Notes: a model not told the origin generated them from the letters alone. DNA of 64,000 nt from an uncultured virus (IMG/VR IMGVR_UViG_3300042356_001097) (IMGVR_UViG_3300042356_001097); one strand, 5' to 3'. Positions 50,785-61,109 are shown, counted from the stretch's first letter. Numbers and translations: made by a program.

Positions 50785-52322
50785 GTTGTTACCCATCTAT
50801 CCATAACGTGTAGCGCTCCGTATTGAGTGCTATTATAAAACGAATCAAACATGTAGCCATTGCTTCCCGTTAGCTCTGGGTTAATAGTTGCATTTAATGA
50901 AATTGCTGAACCATTTTGATCTTTTAAGTTTGTAAACATTTGCTTTATTGGTAGCCAGGCCATTCTAAATCCTTGTCCGCTGTCCATATTCCACTCATTT
51001 GCTCTCCACATAAATGAACCTTCTCCAATTGGAACTATTGAGCATCCATTAGTAGATGAGTTATTTTCAGAAACAAATGTACGTGTTGGGTTATAAGTAT
51101 CAATGTAATAAGCATGCATTCCAGAACCATAGTAGTAATATGGAGCGTAGCATGCTACAACCGAATTGTCCCAAGTTATATTATGGTTCATTCCGTATCT
51201 GTCACCCTGATCAATTCCATATGAGGTTGTATTTCCCATACGACGATAAGAAGCGGTATTTAATTGAGCCGTAGCAGAAGCTCCTGGTGTAGCTGAAACT
51301 AAATCTAGTGTCGCATACTCTGTTGCATTGCCCTGTTGGCACATTCTAGACATTCCAATTATACCGTTGTCTCCAACAATTACTCTTTTCCTGTATGTAG
51401 GCTCTGCCTGTGTTGATCCGCCTGACGCCCATGTAAAATCATAGAATCGATATGAAGCTTTGACCCCATTGGTTCCGCCTGACTTTGCTTCTGCAAAGAA
51501 GTTGTGAGCATATCCTGCACCCATTAATGGGCTTTGAAGGCTTCTGCCATCATTTAGGTTTTTCCATACGTGTATTCTATTAGTGTTATTGGTTGTTGAT
51601 TCAATCAAAACAAATGTTCTAGTTCTGTCGTTATATCCAACCTGTCCATAACCACTACCAATGCTTCCCCATGTTGAATAGGTTGCACTTGATATATTAG
51701 AAATTCTATCAATATAGCCGCCGTTTGACTCTGCAACTCCACGAATATGGAAACGAATATCAGCATTATCTTGCCAGATACTATATCTTGGTCTTACGCC
51801 CTCTTTGCAAATAACTACGCCAGTTCTAGCTTTATAAGGACCAAAGTAGGAAGGGTTTCTTGCAAAAGTATTTCCAACCGCATTATATGTTGGGAATCTA
51901 AAGTGTGCACTACCCCATTGTCCATTTGACCAGCATCCCATATTACCATATGCTTCTGAGTTTGATGTATAGTTTGATTGTGTCCAATAGGCTTGTCCTG
52001 AAGATCCACCTTGACCATTATTTTGATCACCTGTCATAATTTCTGCTCTACCATTACCGTAGATTGTCCATCTAGCAGAAATGTTTACGTCTCCAGTGTC
52101 TGAGTGTGTTGATCCTGCTTTTTGTGATGAAATCATATTCAAGCCGCTATCATAAACCTGGTATCCGCCATTATTTTCATTTGAATCTCCCCAATACCAT
52201 TGCCATGTAGCAAATGTAGGTAGTGGTCCAGGAATTAGCTCTGTCATAGGGATAGTAAGGTTTGTTGCTGCGCTTGTTGCGGTTGTGCTACCTCCGCCAA
52301 GTATCGTTTTTAAATTTGACAT
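50781..52322 (-). CDS. ~520-aa receptor-binding-like protein, paralog A
   Basis: TAATG-coupled start MSNLKTILGGGS; shared family motifs. Confidence 0.65.
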   Translation of the reverse strand: MSNLKTILGGGSTTATSAATNLTIPMTELIPGPLPTFATWQWYWGDSNENNGGYQVYDSGLNMISSQKAGSTHSDTGDVNISARWTIYGNGRAEIMTGDQNNGQGGSSGQAYWTQSNYTSNSEAYGNMGCWSNGQWGSAHFRFPTYNAVGNTFARNPSYFGPYKARTGVVICKEGVRPRYSIWQDNADIRFHIRGVAESNGGYIDRISNISSATYSTWGSIGSGYGQVGYNDRTRTFVLIESTTNNTNRIHVWKNLNDGRSLQSPLMGAGYAHNFFAEAKSGGTNGVKASYRFYDFTWASGGSTQAEPTYRKRVIVGDNGIIGMSRMCQQGNATEYATLDLVSATPGASATAQLNTASYRRMGNTTSYGIDQGDRYGMNHNITWDNSVVACYAPYYYYGSGMHAYYIDTYNPTRTFVSENNSSTNGCSIVPIGEGSFMWRANEWNMDSGQGFRMAWLPIKQMFTNLKDQNGSAISLNATINPELTGSNGYMFDSFYNSTQYGALHVMDRWVTT

Positions 52323-52987
52323 TATGCTATTCTCCATCCTGTTGCGTTATCGTAATATACTAAATCAAATGATGCTGAGGCAACATCAACAATTAAGTCT
52401 TCTGACAAAGACTGTATTGGCTTTGCGTTTCTTGCTATTGTAAAATTAGTTGTTCCTGCAGTACCTGCAGCATCTAAAAATCTAATTGTATCTCCAGCAA
52501 CTGGTGCAGCTGGCAAGGTTATAATCATTCCTTCTGCGGGAACCACAAGAAGTCTGTCTCTTACTAAAGCTTGGTAGTTAGCAGTTACTGTTGTCCAGGA
52601 TTTCATTACGTTTGGGGTAATGGATGAATCTAGGGCTGTTACTAATGATGAAAGCGCAGATATGTTTCCACCTGCGGTATTTACGTAATTCTCTACAGCA
52701 TAAATTCTTGTTTCATATTCGGCTGCTGTTTCTTCAAGATCTGTTAATCTTGTTCCATTTACAGATGTATTAATTGATACTATTGCTGCATCTTTTGCTG
52801 CAGTTATAGCAGCAATTCTTTCATTTGTGACTGCTAAGATATCATTAACGCCCATTGATTTTGCCAAAGTGTCTAAAGCTGATGCTATAAGAACTAAGTC
52901 ATTTGCATCTAGGGTTGTTGAAGCCAGGGCAGTTACTTTTGTTTTAAATAAGTCTACTTGACTCGATAACGTTGTATAGTCTGGCAT
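52322..52987 (-). CDS. helical anchor plus fibre adaptor domain, paralog A
   Basis: MPDYTTLSSQVDLFKTKVTAL; C-terminal ITLPAAP.AGD.I.F.D...TIARN...LVY...GWRI, as in T4 gp34-type repeats. Confidence 0.7.
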   Translation of the reverse strand: MPDYTTLSSQVDLFKTKVTALASTTLDANDLVLIASALDTLAKSMGVNDILAVTNERIAAITAAKDAAIVSINTSVNGTRLTDLEETAAEYETRIYAVENYVNTAGGNISALSSLVTALDSSITPNVMKSWTTVTANYQALVRDRLLVVPAEGMIITLPAAPVAGDTIRFLDAAGTAGTTNFTIARNAKPIQSLSEDLIVDVASASFDLVYYDNATGWRIA

Positions 52988-52995
52988 TTTTTCTC

Positions 52996-55900
52996 CTAAG
53001 CCTGTGCTTCAGTCCATGAAATTCTAGCAAGAATGTTTGCAGCACCTGAACCGAGGTTTGTTGCTGTAATTGTTAGGATGTCTGGTCCGTTAGGGAAAGA
53101 TGGATTTGTCTGAGACCCATTTCCATTTAGAATTGAGTTTGAAAGATCTCTAACTTTCTTAGCATCAAAAGTAGAAACTGAGAAGTTAGTACCACCTGCG
53201 TTTTCTGTATAGAAAGCGAAGATACGATCTCCACCAGTAACGGTATTTGTAGGAGATGTAACTGGAGCTCCAGTACCTCTAACACCTGTTCCGTCATGGT
53301 AAATTACCTGTGCAAGAGAACCTGAACCAACTCTAAGCGCTTCCCATTCCGAAGGAATAGAAATACCGTTCATTGTTGCTGGGTTCAAAATTCCTTCAAT
53401 CAAGAACTGTCCTTGTGAAAGAACTCCAACAGAGTCTAGCTTCATCTGCATTCTATTAGCAAGTTCACGTTGCCCGAAGTTTCTTCCTAGACCATTGTCT
53501 GCTGAAGGTGCCACTCTAATTGAAACAAGAGGACGTGGGGTTGGTGTACTTCCAAAAGTCTGAACTGCAGTTCCGTTAGGGTTAACTGCTGCAATTGATT
53601 CGTCTGCCCCCGCTAAAGTATAAGAAAATGATGTTGGGGTAACTGTATCAATTAAGAATGTGCCGTTATATCTACTTGCGGCTGTAATTCTTGGGGTTCC
53701 TGAAACAAATTGGAATCCAATATTATTTGAAACCTTGCTAAATGAAATTCTTGTTGAATCTGGAACAAGGGAAACAGTGTATGTTCCATTGAATACTGTA
53801 TCTACTCCAGTTATGGTTACTGATTGTCCAACCGAGTAGAAATGAGGAGTAGAAGTTGTTAGCGTTGCAATATTATTTGTTAGCTGCTTATATATAACAG
53901 TTGAAATATCTTGAACACCGCTTATAGTAACATTTGTTCCCGCTGCAAGTGTGTGGGGACCAGATGTTGTCATTGTTGCAATATTATTGTGTGACTGACG
54001 GTTTGTTATTGTTGCTGAAATTGTTCCAGATCCACCGACCTGAAGATATTTCTGCATACCAGCAGTAAAGATAAATGATTTATCATCATTAAATTTTCCG
54101 TCCATAATAACTGATGATCCCCAGTGTGACATAACTGGTGCACAGTTTTGAGAAATTGTTTGTACTGAAACTTGCGCTACTCCAGATCCGCCTGGAATTG
54201 TTGAGTCTGGAACAAAGTTTACTTGAGACGCTGTTCCAAAAAGATTCATTGAAACTCCTCCATAAACTAATGGCTGTGCAACTCTTCTTACAATATTAAC
54301 GGCTGTTGCTTGAATTGTTGGGTTATATGCACCAATTGATGTATACTCACAAATTTCAAAGTTAGCTCCGTCTGCAATTCTTAAATATCCATTTGAAGGC
54401 CAGAAACTTACGTCATTAACATAAATTACTGTGTCTTGAGGGAATAATGTAGATCCGCTAATTCCTGATCCACCTGCAATTAATTTTGCAGAGTTTAAAG
54501 GCTCATTAATTGTTTCATATCTTGCTGGCAAGTTACCTGAACGCATATATGAAGCAGTATTATTATTATTCATTACCATCTTATGGCACCAAACAACCGC
54601 TCCGTCATTTGCTCTCATGCCAAATCTAATTGATCCTGCGCCATACCATGAGTAGTCAATGAATGTCATCTGCATCTTTGCTATGTCAAGATTATAACCT
54701 GTTGGTCCAGTTCCATCCATAGTATCAATATTCCATTCATTCTGTGGAACCTTTTGAATCTGTGTCTTAAGGTAAGGAGATGCTGTAACGCTTGGTCCAC
54801 GATATGCTGGGGCAATGTTAAGTACAGTATCAGAGCTAATCTGGATAACTCTATAGGATTGTCCTCTAATTACAATTAGGTCTCCTACAAGAAGCTGCTT
54901 TCTAAATCTAGTGTCTATACCTGTTACTACATTTGAAAACTGTGTTACTGAAACTTTACCGAACAGTTCTTTATTTGAGAATCTTCTTACTGCATATAAT
55001 GTTCGTCCATCATACTCGAAATAGAATCCATTTTGATCATCATATAGTCCTGCTCTTGTTGCTGAGCCTTTCCATTGATACGCTGTTACGAAAGAGTTAA
55101 CTCCACCTGGCAATTGATCAATTGCTGTAATTGCAGATGTAAATGTTTTTTGTAATAAAATTGTATTTGAATCTGGTACTGAGCTGATAGTAAATAAACC
55201 ATTAAATGGATTGTATGCTCCTACCGTTTCAATTCCTTCAACTTTAACTGTTGCTCCCGCTTGTAAATTGTGATCTTGCAAAACACGAATTGTAATTGTA
55301 TTTGATCCGATTGCTGTGCTTGATGATGCAATATATGATATATCAAATGAAGGCGTAAACTTTGTTCCTGTTGAAAAAGTAATTGACTTACCTGACTGAT
55401 ATCTAAAGTATCTACGTGTTTGTCTAAGTGTTTGTGTTCCGCACACGTTGTTTCCTGTTGTAAGAATCACTCCACCGTCAAAAGGTCTATGCTCTACATA
55501 GCCTTCAGGCTTACAATACAAACCAATTCCTGTGGTAACAATTGTTCCTACTGGAATTAATCCTTGTGTCATAAAAGAGAAAGAATTTGGGGTTGTAACT
55601 CTGTCAATCAAAAAGCTTCCGTTAATAGCACTTCCTGATGGAGCTGAAACCAAAATAGGTGTTCCTGGATATAATCCGTGTGGATTTGTAGTTACTACGT
55701 TTATTCTAGAAAGGGCTGCACCGTCTGATGTAGCTGACCATGAATTTAGGTTACCTGTGTTTCCTCCAGGAATGTGAGCATTATCAAAAATTCCTCCACC
55801 ATAAAGATTTGTCAAAACTCCATCTTGTACGCTTGTGCCATTTGCCACAAAACCTTTAGCAATATATGAAAAAATAGTTGAGCTTAGCACTGTAACCAGG

Positions 55901-56493
55901 AATGTTCCATCAGTTAATGGACTTAAAGACTCGTTAACGCTTACTACGTCTCCATTAGTTAATCCGTGTGGGGTTGCTGTGTTTACAACAATTGTAGATC
56001 TAGGAGAACCTCCTGATGAAATAATGCTAACTACATCTAGGGAGTTTCCTCCTGTATTTCTTGAGAAGAATGTTGGGTAATTGTTTTGAAGAGAAAGTGA
56101 TTCCCACTTGGAGCCCTGAACACCGTATTCAAAGTCTGTATCAATTAAAGATTCTGGATCTGATATCTTGAACTTTCCAACTGCATCCAGCTGATCTGGG
56201 GCTGGCATAAATGACTCAAATGGCTCATCAACCATAATCTGAAGTTTATCTGTTGACTGCATTGCTGATGTGTTGTATTCAAGAACTAATACTGTTGATG
56301 GGTCATTTTGGCTACTGGTTAAAGAGTGGCTTACTAGACCTACCGCTGGGTCTGAAAAATTATAAATGATTTTATTCTGGGTGACGTTGGTGATCAAAAG
56401 AAGATTTTGTCTTAAGACTACTCTTGGAATTGTAATTGTGGATGTTGCAGGTGAAAATATAATTCCCTGGTCGTTAATTGCTCTTCTTGCCAT
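52996..56493 (-). CDS. large virion structural protein with FCCH-like beta repeats
   Basis: Five T..PH.L..G..V...NG.F repeats; SLIDTDFEYG; RQTRRYFRYQSGK; YSWYGAG. Confidence 0.65.
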   Translation of the reverse strand: MARRAINDQGIIFSPATSTITIPRVVLRQNLLLITNVTQNKIIYNFSDPAVGLVSHSLTSSQNDPSTVLVLEYNTSAMQSTDKLQIMVDEPFESFMPAPDQLDAVGKFKISDPESLIDTDFEYGVQGSKWESLSLQNNYPTFFSRNTGGNSLDVVSIISSGGSPRSTIVVNTATPHGLTNGDVVSVNESLSPLTDGTFLVTVLSSTIFSYIAKGFVANGTSVQDGVLTNLYGGGIFDNAHIPGGNTGNLNSWSATSDGAALSRINVVTTNPHGLYPGTPILVSAPSGSAINGSFLIDRVTTPNSFSFMTQGLIPVGTIVTTGIGLYCKPEGYVEHRPFDGGVILTTGNNVCGTQTLRQTRRYFRYQSGKSITFSTGTKFTPSFDISYIASSSTAIGSNTITIRVLQDHNLQAGATVKVEGIETVGAYNPFNGLFTISSVPDSNTILLQKTFTSAITAIDQLPGGVNSFVTAYQWKGSATRAGLYDDQNGFYFEYDGRTLYAVRRFSNKELFGKVSVTQFSNVVTGIDTRFRKQLLVGDLIVIRGQSYRVIQISSDTVLNIAPAYRGPSVTASPYLKTQIQKVPQNEWNIDTMDGTGPTGYNLDIAKMQMTFIDYSWYGAGSIRFGMRANDGAVVWCHKMVMNNNNTASYMRSGNLPARYETINEPLNSAKLIAGGSGISGSTLFPQDTVIYVNDVSFWPSNGYLRIADGANFEICEYTSIGAYNPTIQATAVNIVRRVAQPLVYGGVSMNLFGTASQVNFVPDSTIPGGSGVAQVSVQTISQNCAPVMSHWGSSVIMDGKFNDDKSFIFTAGMQKYLQVGGSGTISATITNRQSHNNIATMTTSGPHTLAAGTNVTISGVQDISTVIYKQLTNNIATLTTSTPHFYSVGQSVTITGVDTVFNGTYTVSLVPDSTRISFSKVSNNIGFQFVSGTPRITAASRYNGTFLIDTVTPTSFSYTLAGADESIAAVNPNGTAVQTFGSTPTPRPLVSIRVAPSADNGLGRNFGQRELANRMQMKLDSVGVLSQGQFLIEGILNPATMNGISIPSEWEALRVGSGSLAQVIYHDGTGVRGTGAPVTSPTNTVTGGDRIFAFYTENAGGTNFSVSTFDAKKVRDLSNSILNGNGSQTNPSFPNGPDILTITATNLGSGAANILARISWTEAQA

Positions 56494-56508
56494 ATTAGTT
56501 AGTCTCCC

Positions 56509-57126
56509 TTAGAAAATAAAACTTGTTGCCATAATTGTACCATTTATCTGTGCCAAAGATGATGTTAGTGCATATTTTGGATAATAAATACCTAGATTAA
56601 GTAATGAATCTAATTCATAGGCTGAAACTCTTCTTTCAATGTCCGCCACAACTACATCTCCAATTGGACCAATAGGTCCTTGTGGTCCCGCTGGTCCTGC
56701 ATTTCCCTGAATACCTTGAGGTCCTCGTACGTTACCTTGTAATACCCAAGTAGTTGTTGATGCGCTATAAACGTAATACTCTCCAGTATTTAAATTTATA
56801 AAGTTATCGCCTTCAATTAAATTTGTTAATCCCGCATTTTGTGGAATAGATTGGGCTGTGTATGTCTTTGTTCCTCTTGTACCTGGAACACCCGCTGGGC
56901 CTGTAACTGATGCGCCTTGTGGAATTGAAAAGTTAAAAACAGCATTTGTTGCTGTGCCTGAATTTGTTACTGTTGCGTTTGCACCTGCTGCAACTGTTGT
57001 TACTGTTCCTACAGATACGGCTGCGGCAGTTCCTGCTGGTCCTTGAGGGCCAGTGGCTCCCGTTGGGCCAGGTCGTGATCCTGCAACGACTACCCACTCA
57101 GTTCCGTTATAGCGTTTTAATGACAT
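56509..57126 (-). CDS. short collagen-like fibre protein
   Basis: G-X-Y repeats; VTNSGTATNAVFNFSIPQG; TATAAT at 57146-57151. Confidence 0.7.
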   Translation of the reverse strand: MSLKRYNGTEWVVVAGSRPGPTGATGPQGPAGTAAAVSVGTVTTVAAGANATVTNSGTATNAVFNFSIPQGASVTGPAGVPGTRGTKTYTAQSIPQNAGLTNLIEGDNFINLNTGEYYVYSASTTTWVLQGNVRGPQGIQGNAGPAGPQGPIGPIGDVVVADIERRVSAYELDSLLNLGIYYPKYALTSSLAQINGTIMATSFIF

Positions 57127-57165
57127 ATTTGATTACCTCTCCACTATTATACAACATATCTTTTA

Positions 57166-59436
57166 TTAAACCCCAGCCCAAATTAACGTTTCCGAATCGA
57201 AGGTTGGGAATATCTTTATCCATTGTCCCGCAGCTGCCACATATAAAGAAGCCTCTGATGACACGTATGCTATCATTCCGCCATGCAAAGATGCTGCTGG
57301 CAAACTAGCAAAGTTTGTTATTTGTGCAGCATTGTTTTTAAACAAATCAGAATAAGTTATTTCACCCTCTTCTGTTGTTAAGTCTAACCAAAACTCTGTT
57401 TGCTGTGGATTTGGAGGAGTTGTTGAAGACAAAATAGATTGACCACTTGTGTCATCTAAATCAACCCAGAAATCTCCTTCAACCGTAGTATATGCAGGAG
57501 GCTCTTCATCTGCGTATATTAAAGGAAGATCTGGTTCATCTGTGTCAATCCACAGAGTATCCATTCCATAAGTTCCTTCAGCTGGAGGATTAGGTCCAGC
57601 AAAAACAAATTCAGTAGATCCTGCGTCATCGTCAACATCTATCCAAAGATCTCCTGCTGTTGTTGCTCCAGATGGTGGTGCAATTAATCCGACAAAGAAT
57701 GTGCTTGGAGGAAGAGAGGTATCTGTTGGGATTAATGTTAATCCTTCACCTCCACCGCCGCCTCCTTGAATATCTTGCCATAGCAATCCGTCATACACCT
57801 TTAGTTTATTTAAGGCTTTATTGTAATAAATTTGTCCATGTACTGGTGTCAATGGGGCGGCATCAAGACCAATAATAATTCCGTTAGTAAAAGTATTCTT
57901 TGATGTCCATGTATTAGTAGTAGATAAAGATAAGTCTGTAGATACATATTCCCATGTGGAGCTTAATGCATTCCAAACCTTTAAGGACCTTGTATTGCCG
58001 CTTCTATACTCATCGGTATCAAACCAGAACTGGCCATCTATAGGGCTTAAAGGTGCAGTAGGAGACATTTTAGCAGTAGATGGAGGAATGTACGCTTCCA
58101 GGATCATCTTGTTTGCTTCGTCATCATAAGTTACAGAAATATTAGGATTAGTTCCATGTGCAAATAGTGGTCCTATTGCGTCTTGAACTTGTTCTTGTGT
58201 TAATTGAGCTACTGCTACAAAGTTAATCTTTCCCGTTACATCATCATAAGTTGCAGTTAAATTTGTGTGTGTTCCAGATGTTATTAGTCCTGCCGCTACA
58301 TCTTGAATTTTCTCGTCTATATCTAATTGAGTTAATGGAACCTTTCCATTTTCATCAAGTGTTGCAATTCCGTCTGCTACCCCTACTTCTGATAAAGGGA
58401 CATATGTTGTAGCAGTATTACTTCCAAGTGCTGTGATGGCGGCATCTGTATATGTCTTTGCATTTTGTGTAGCGCCAGCTTTTGCTGTTTGAACAAAGGC
58501 GGTTGTGGCAATTGTTGTCGAATTGTCATCTGAAGATTGAGTTGGAGCTGTTGGCAGTCCAGTAAATACTGGAGAAGCTAGAGGGGCTTTAAGAGAAAGA
58601 GCGTTGGTTATGGTTGTTACAAAATTTGCATCATCCCCAATTGCGGCAGCAATTTCATTTAGAGTATCTAGAACTGCTGGGGCTGAGTCAATAAGATTGG
58701 ATATTGCTGTATTTACATATGTCCGATCTGCAATAACGGTAGTATCTACTGCCAGGGTTATTGTATTAGCGACATCGTCATAAGTCTTTGTTATTCCATT
58801 ACCCGCCGTTAAAGATGTAGCAATTGCGTCCATGACCTCTTCGTCGTCATAATTTGCGCTTAAGCTTAGCTTTGCGGTTGTATCATCATATGAGACGGTT
58901 ATATTATAGTGGGTTCCATCTGTAATTAATTTTGCGGCTACGTCTTGAATTCTCTCATCGATATCAAGCTGGGATTGAGGAACAAACCCATTTACCAATG
59001 TGGCAATAACTGATGTATCTACTGCTAAGGTAATTGTGTTAGCAACGTCATTATAAGTTTTTGTGATTCCTGTGCCTGCTGTTAAAGATGTTGCAATTGC
59101 ATCCATGACTTCTTCGTCATCATATGTAGCGGTTAAGCTTAGTGAGTTTGCAACATCATCATAAGCAACGGTTATATTGCCGTGGGTTCCTGCGGCCAAT
59201 GCGGCAGCGATTGTGTCTTGCGCCATTTCATTGGTATATATTTTAGATATTAAGTCCCGAACCTTATAGTCTATGGTTGAGGTATCTGTAGAATTATCAA
59301 CACCAAGTTTGGCCTCTAAGGCCTCAATTGCATCGTTGGCATTTGAATGCTGGGCAGAATGGGATACAAACTCAACAGAATCAGTAGCTGCTGGATTTAA
59401 CAGTTGATCTAGTGTTGTAGGGAATGTAGTTGCCAT
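57166..59436 (-). CDS. repeat-rich fibre protein
   Basis: MATTFPTTLD; duplicated YDDEEVMDAIATSLTAG; LIDSAP..LDTLNEIAAAI; GDxWxD repeats. Confidence 0.75.
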   Translation of the reverse strand: MATTFPTTLDQLLNPAATDSVEFVSHSAQHSNANDAIEALEAKLGVDNSTDTSTIDYKVRDLISKIYTNEMAQDTIAAALAAGTHGNITVAYDDVANSLSLTATYDDEEVMDAIATSLTAGTGITKTYNDVANTITLAVDTSVIATLVNGFVPQSQLDIDERIQDVAAKLITDGTHYNITVSYDDTTAKLSLSANYDDEEVMDAIATSLTAGNGITKTYDDVANTITLAVDTTVIADRTYVNTAISNLIDSAPAVLDTLNEIAAAIGDDANFVTTITNALSLKAPLASPVFTGLPTAPTQSSDDNSTTIATTAFVQTAKAGATQNAKTYTDAAITALGSNTATTYVPLSEVGVADGIATLDENGKVPLTQLDIDEKIQDVAAGLITSGTHTNLTATYDDVTGKINFVAVAQLTQEQVQDAIGPLFAHGTNPNISVTYDDEANKMILEAYIPPSTAKMSPTAPLSPIDGQFWFDTDEYRSGNTRSLKVWNALSSTWEYVSTDLSLSTTNTWTSKNTFTNGIIIGLDAAPLTPVHGQIYYNKALNKLKVYDGLLWQDIQGGGGGGEGLTLIPTDTSLPPSTFFVGLIAPPSGATTAGDLWIDVDDDAGSTEFVFAGPNPPAEGTYGMDTLWIDTDEPDLPLIYADEEPPAYTTVEGDFWVDLDDTSGQSILSSTTPPNPQQTEFWLDLTTEEGEITYSDLFKNNAAQITNFASLPAASLHGGMIAYVSSEASLYVAAAGQWIKIFPTFDSETLIWAGV

Positions 59437-59449
59437 ATCTTATATTATA
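59437..59449 (-). promoter_or_regulatory. -10 box, leaderless
   Basis: TATAAT, then 7 nt to the ATG; no SD. Confidence 0.5.
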
Positions 59450-59457
59450 CCCCTTGC

Positions 59458-60198
59458 TTAGTTATAGTTCTTGCGGTTCCAATACTTCTTTTTGTAATAC
59501 CCATCGGAACCCTTTGAGTGGCTTTTAATGTCAACTGTATAACGAGCTTCAAGTATTTTACTAATCTTCATGACCCAAGAATCTCTTTTGTATGGGAGTA
59601 GTTGAGCTATTGGAGTTCCTTTTGGAATAACACCTTCAAAATCTTCTTTTAAAAAAAACGGGATATTGCCAGATGGAACCCAACCATCGCTGTCAATAAC
59701 TCCCGACAGCGTTGTAAATGGCAAATCAAGTCTATTAAAGGGATGTGTTACAAGTACAGAATATCCTCTCGGAACTTTCCATCCCCACTTTCCGCTCCAA
59801 ACAAAATGATTTTGCATATGCCCTGGTGGTCTTGGTATAGTAGATCCACTTGAACCTTTTCTTTCATTTACTAGTCTGCTAAAAATTTGATTATCTTTAA
59901 GAGCATGGTTATGCGAAGTTCTTTTTTTATTAGGCTCAAATGATCCATCTTGTTTTATTTTGCCATCTTCAATAACAACAAAGCCATCTTCTCTTGATAT
60001 CTTTAAATCATCGATAGTCGTTAAGGCGTAGCCAGTCAGCATTACATCCAGAAATGGTACACATGTTTTTAATCCTGCAGACTTTTTATCATCATAGGTT
60101 TCTCCATCTTTATACCATTGAGGTATGTGATTTTTCATAGGAGAAGGCTCAAGCATGTCTACCATGTCTGGATAGGCCACAAACTTAATTTTTTTCAT
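59458..60198 (-). CDS. uncharacterised protein, possibly dUTPase-like fold
   Basis: PQWYK, KTCVPFLD, P.GYS.L.THP.NR, KGTPIAQ..P.KR..W; the fold guess is from memory. Confidence 0.55.
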   Translation of the reverse strand: MKKIKFVAYPDMVDMLEPSPMKNHIPQWYKDGETYDDKKSAGLKTCVPFLDVMLTGYALTTIDDLKISREDGFVVIEDGKIKQDGSFEPNKKRTSHNHALKDNQIFSRLVNERKGSSGSTIPRPPGHMQNHFVWSGKWGWKVPRGYSVLVTHPFNRLDLPFTTLSGVIDSDGWVPSGNIPFFLKEDFEGVIPKGTPIAQLLPYKRDSWVMKISKILEARYTVDIKSHSKGSDGYYKKKYWNRKNYN

Positions 60199-60206
60199 TT
60201 ATGCCC

Positions 60207-60479
60207 CTAAGCTGGTGGTGTAAATGTTGTTCCGTCGTATGCCCAGTCTTGGCCTATTGCAACTTGTGAAATAAGCTCGCCTTCTACACGATCTGGAAAT
60301 GTTATATCTGTAATGTCAACAATTGTTGGATTGCTCAAGATAATAGCCCACATTCTTTCGTCTGTAGCCAGGGTCTGAACAACTTTGCCATCAATAACAT
60401 ATGCTAACTTTTTAATATTCTCTGCTGGCACTGCAACAGGAACATCTTGTGTGGCTAACCACTCTTCATATACTGTCAT
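60207..60479 (-). CDS. small chaperone-like protein
   Basis: ATGA-coupled start MTVYEEW; LAYVIDGKV...W.YDG..F. Confidence 0.65.
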   Translation of the reverse strand: MTVYEEWLATQDVPVAVPAENIKKLAYVIDGKVVQTLATDERMWAIILSNPTIVDITDITFPDRVEGELISQVAIGQDWAYDGTTFTPPA

Positions 60480-60718
60480 ATTTTTTCCTCCTCTATTTTT
60501 GTTTGTCCCCATTTTCCAATAGGGCATTCTGCATTTGGTAGCTTTGTTTTTGCCGTCATAAGGCAACCACATTTTTTGCATTGGCTAGTAGTTTTTATAA
60601 AAAAGGTACAACCTTTACAAATCTCAAGTCTTTGATCTGCCGTTAAAGTATCTACACGGCCTATTTTTTTATTATACAGATCCCAGGGCCTAGCTGGTCT
60701 TTCAAACGGATCAGCCAT
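60476..60718 (-). CDS. Cys-motif small protein (DUF6171-like)
   Basis: RLEICKGC...CKKCGC.M.AK..L..AECP.GKW. Confidence 0.7.
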   Translation of the reverse strand: MADPFERPARPWDLYNKKIGRVDTLTADQRLEICKGCTFFIKTTSQCKKCGCLMTAKTKLPNAECPIGKWGQTKIEEEKI

Positions 60719-61109
60719 TTTTGTTCCATTCTTCTAGTGGTATTGGATCTATTTCTTTGATTTCAAAAAAATCTTTTTCGTCTTCGTTGTATATCCAATT
60801 TTTTGAATTTAAGTCTAATTTATTTTTTTGCTCATGATTAATTTCAATAAAAATTGGTCCCATTTTAAGCAAATTACCAAACTTTGGGTTTGTTGTCATA
60901 ATGTCTTCCACTATCATGGATGTTGGGTCTAATATGGCAAGGTGCATTCCGAGCTTGGACTGATCTGGAATAAACTCATGATCTTTTGGAACCTTGTATC
61001 CTATTTTTAAATTGTTCCTTAAATACTTATTGGCATGTGTTTTTATATATACACGAATATCTCTTAAATAGTCTTTAAGGCTTTGAGTAAAACTAAGTTT
61101 AGTATTCAT
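60711..61109 (-). CDS. small protein, probable paralog of 60207-60479
   Basis: LAILD...VEDIMTT...P.FIEI...W.Y....F. Confidence 0.6.
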   Translation of the reverse strand: MNTKLSFTQSLKDYLRDIRVYIKTHANKYLRNNLKIGYKVPKDHEFIPDQSKLGMHLAILDPTSMIVEDIMTTNPKFGNLLKMGPIFIEINHEQKNKLDLNSKNWIYNEDEKDFFEIKEIDPIPLEEWNKNG

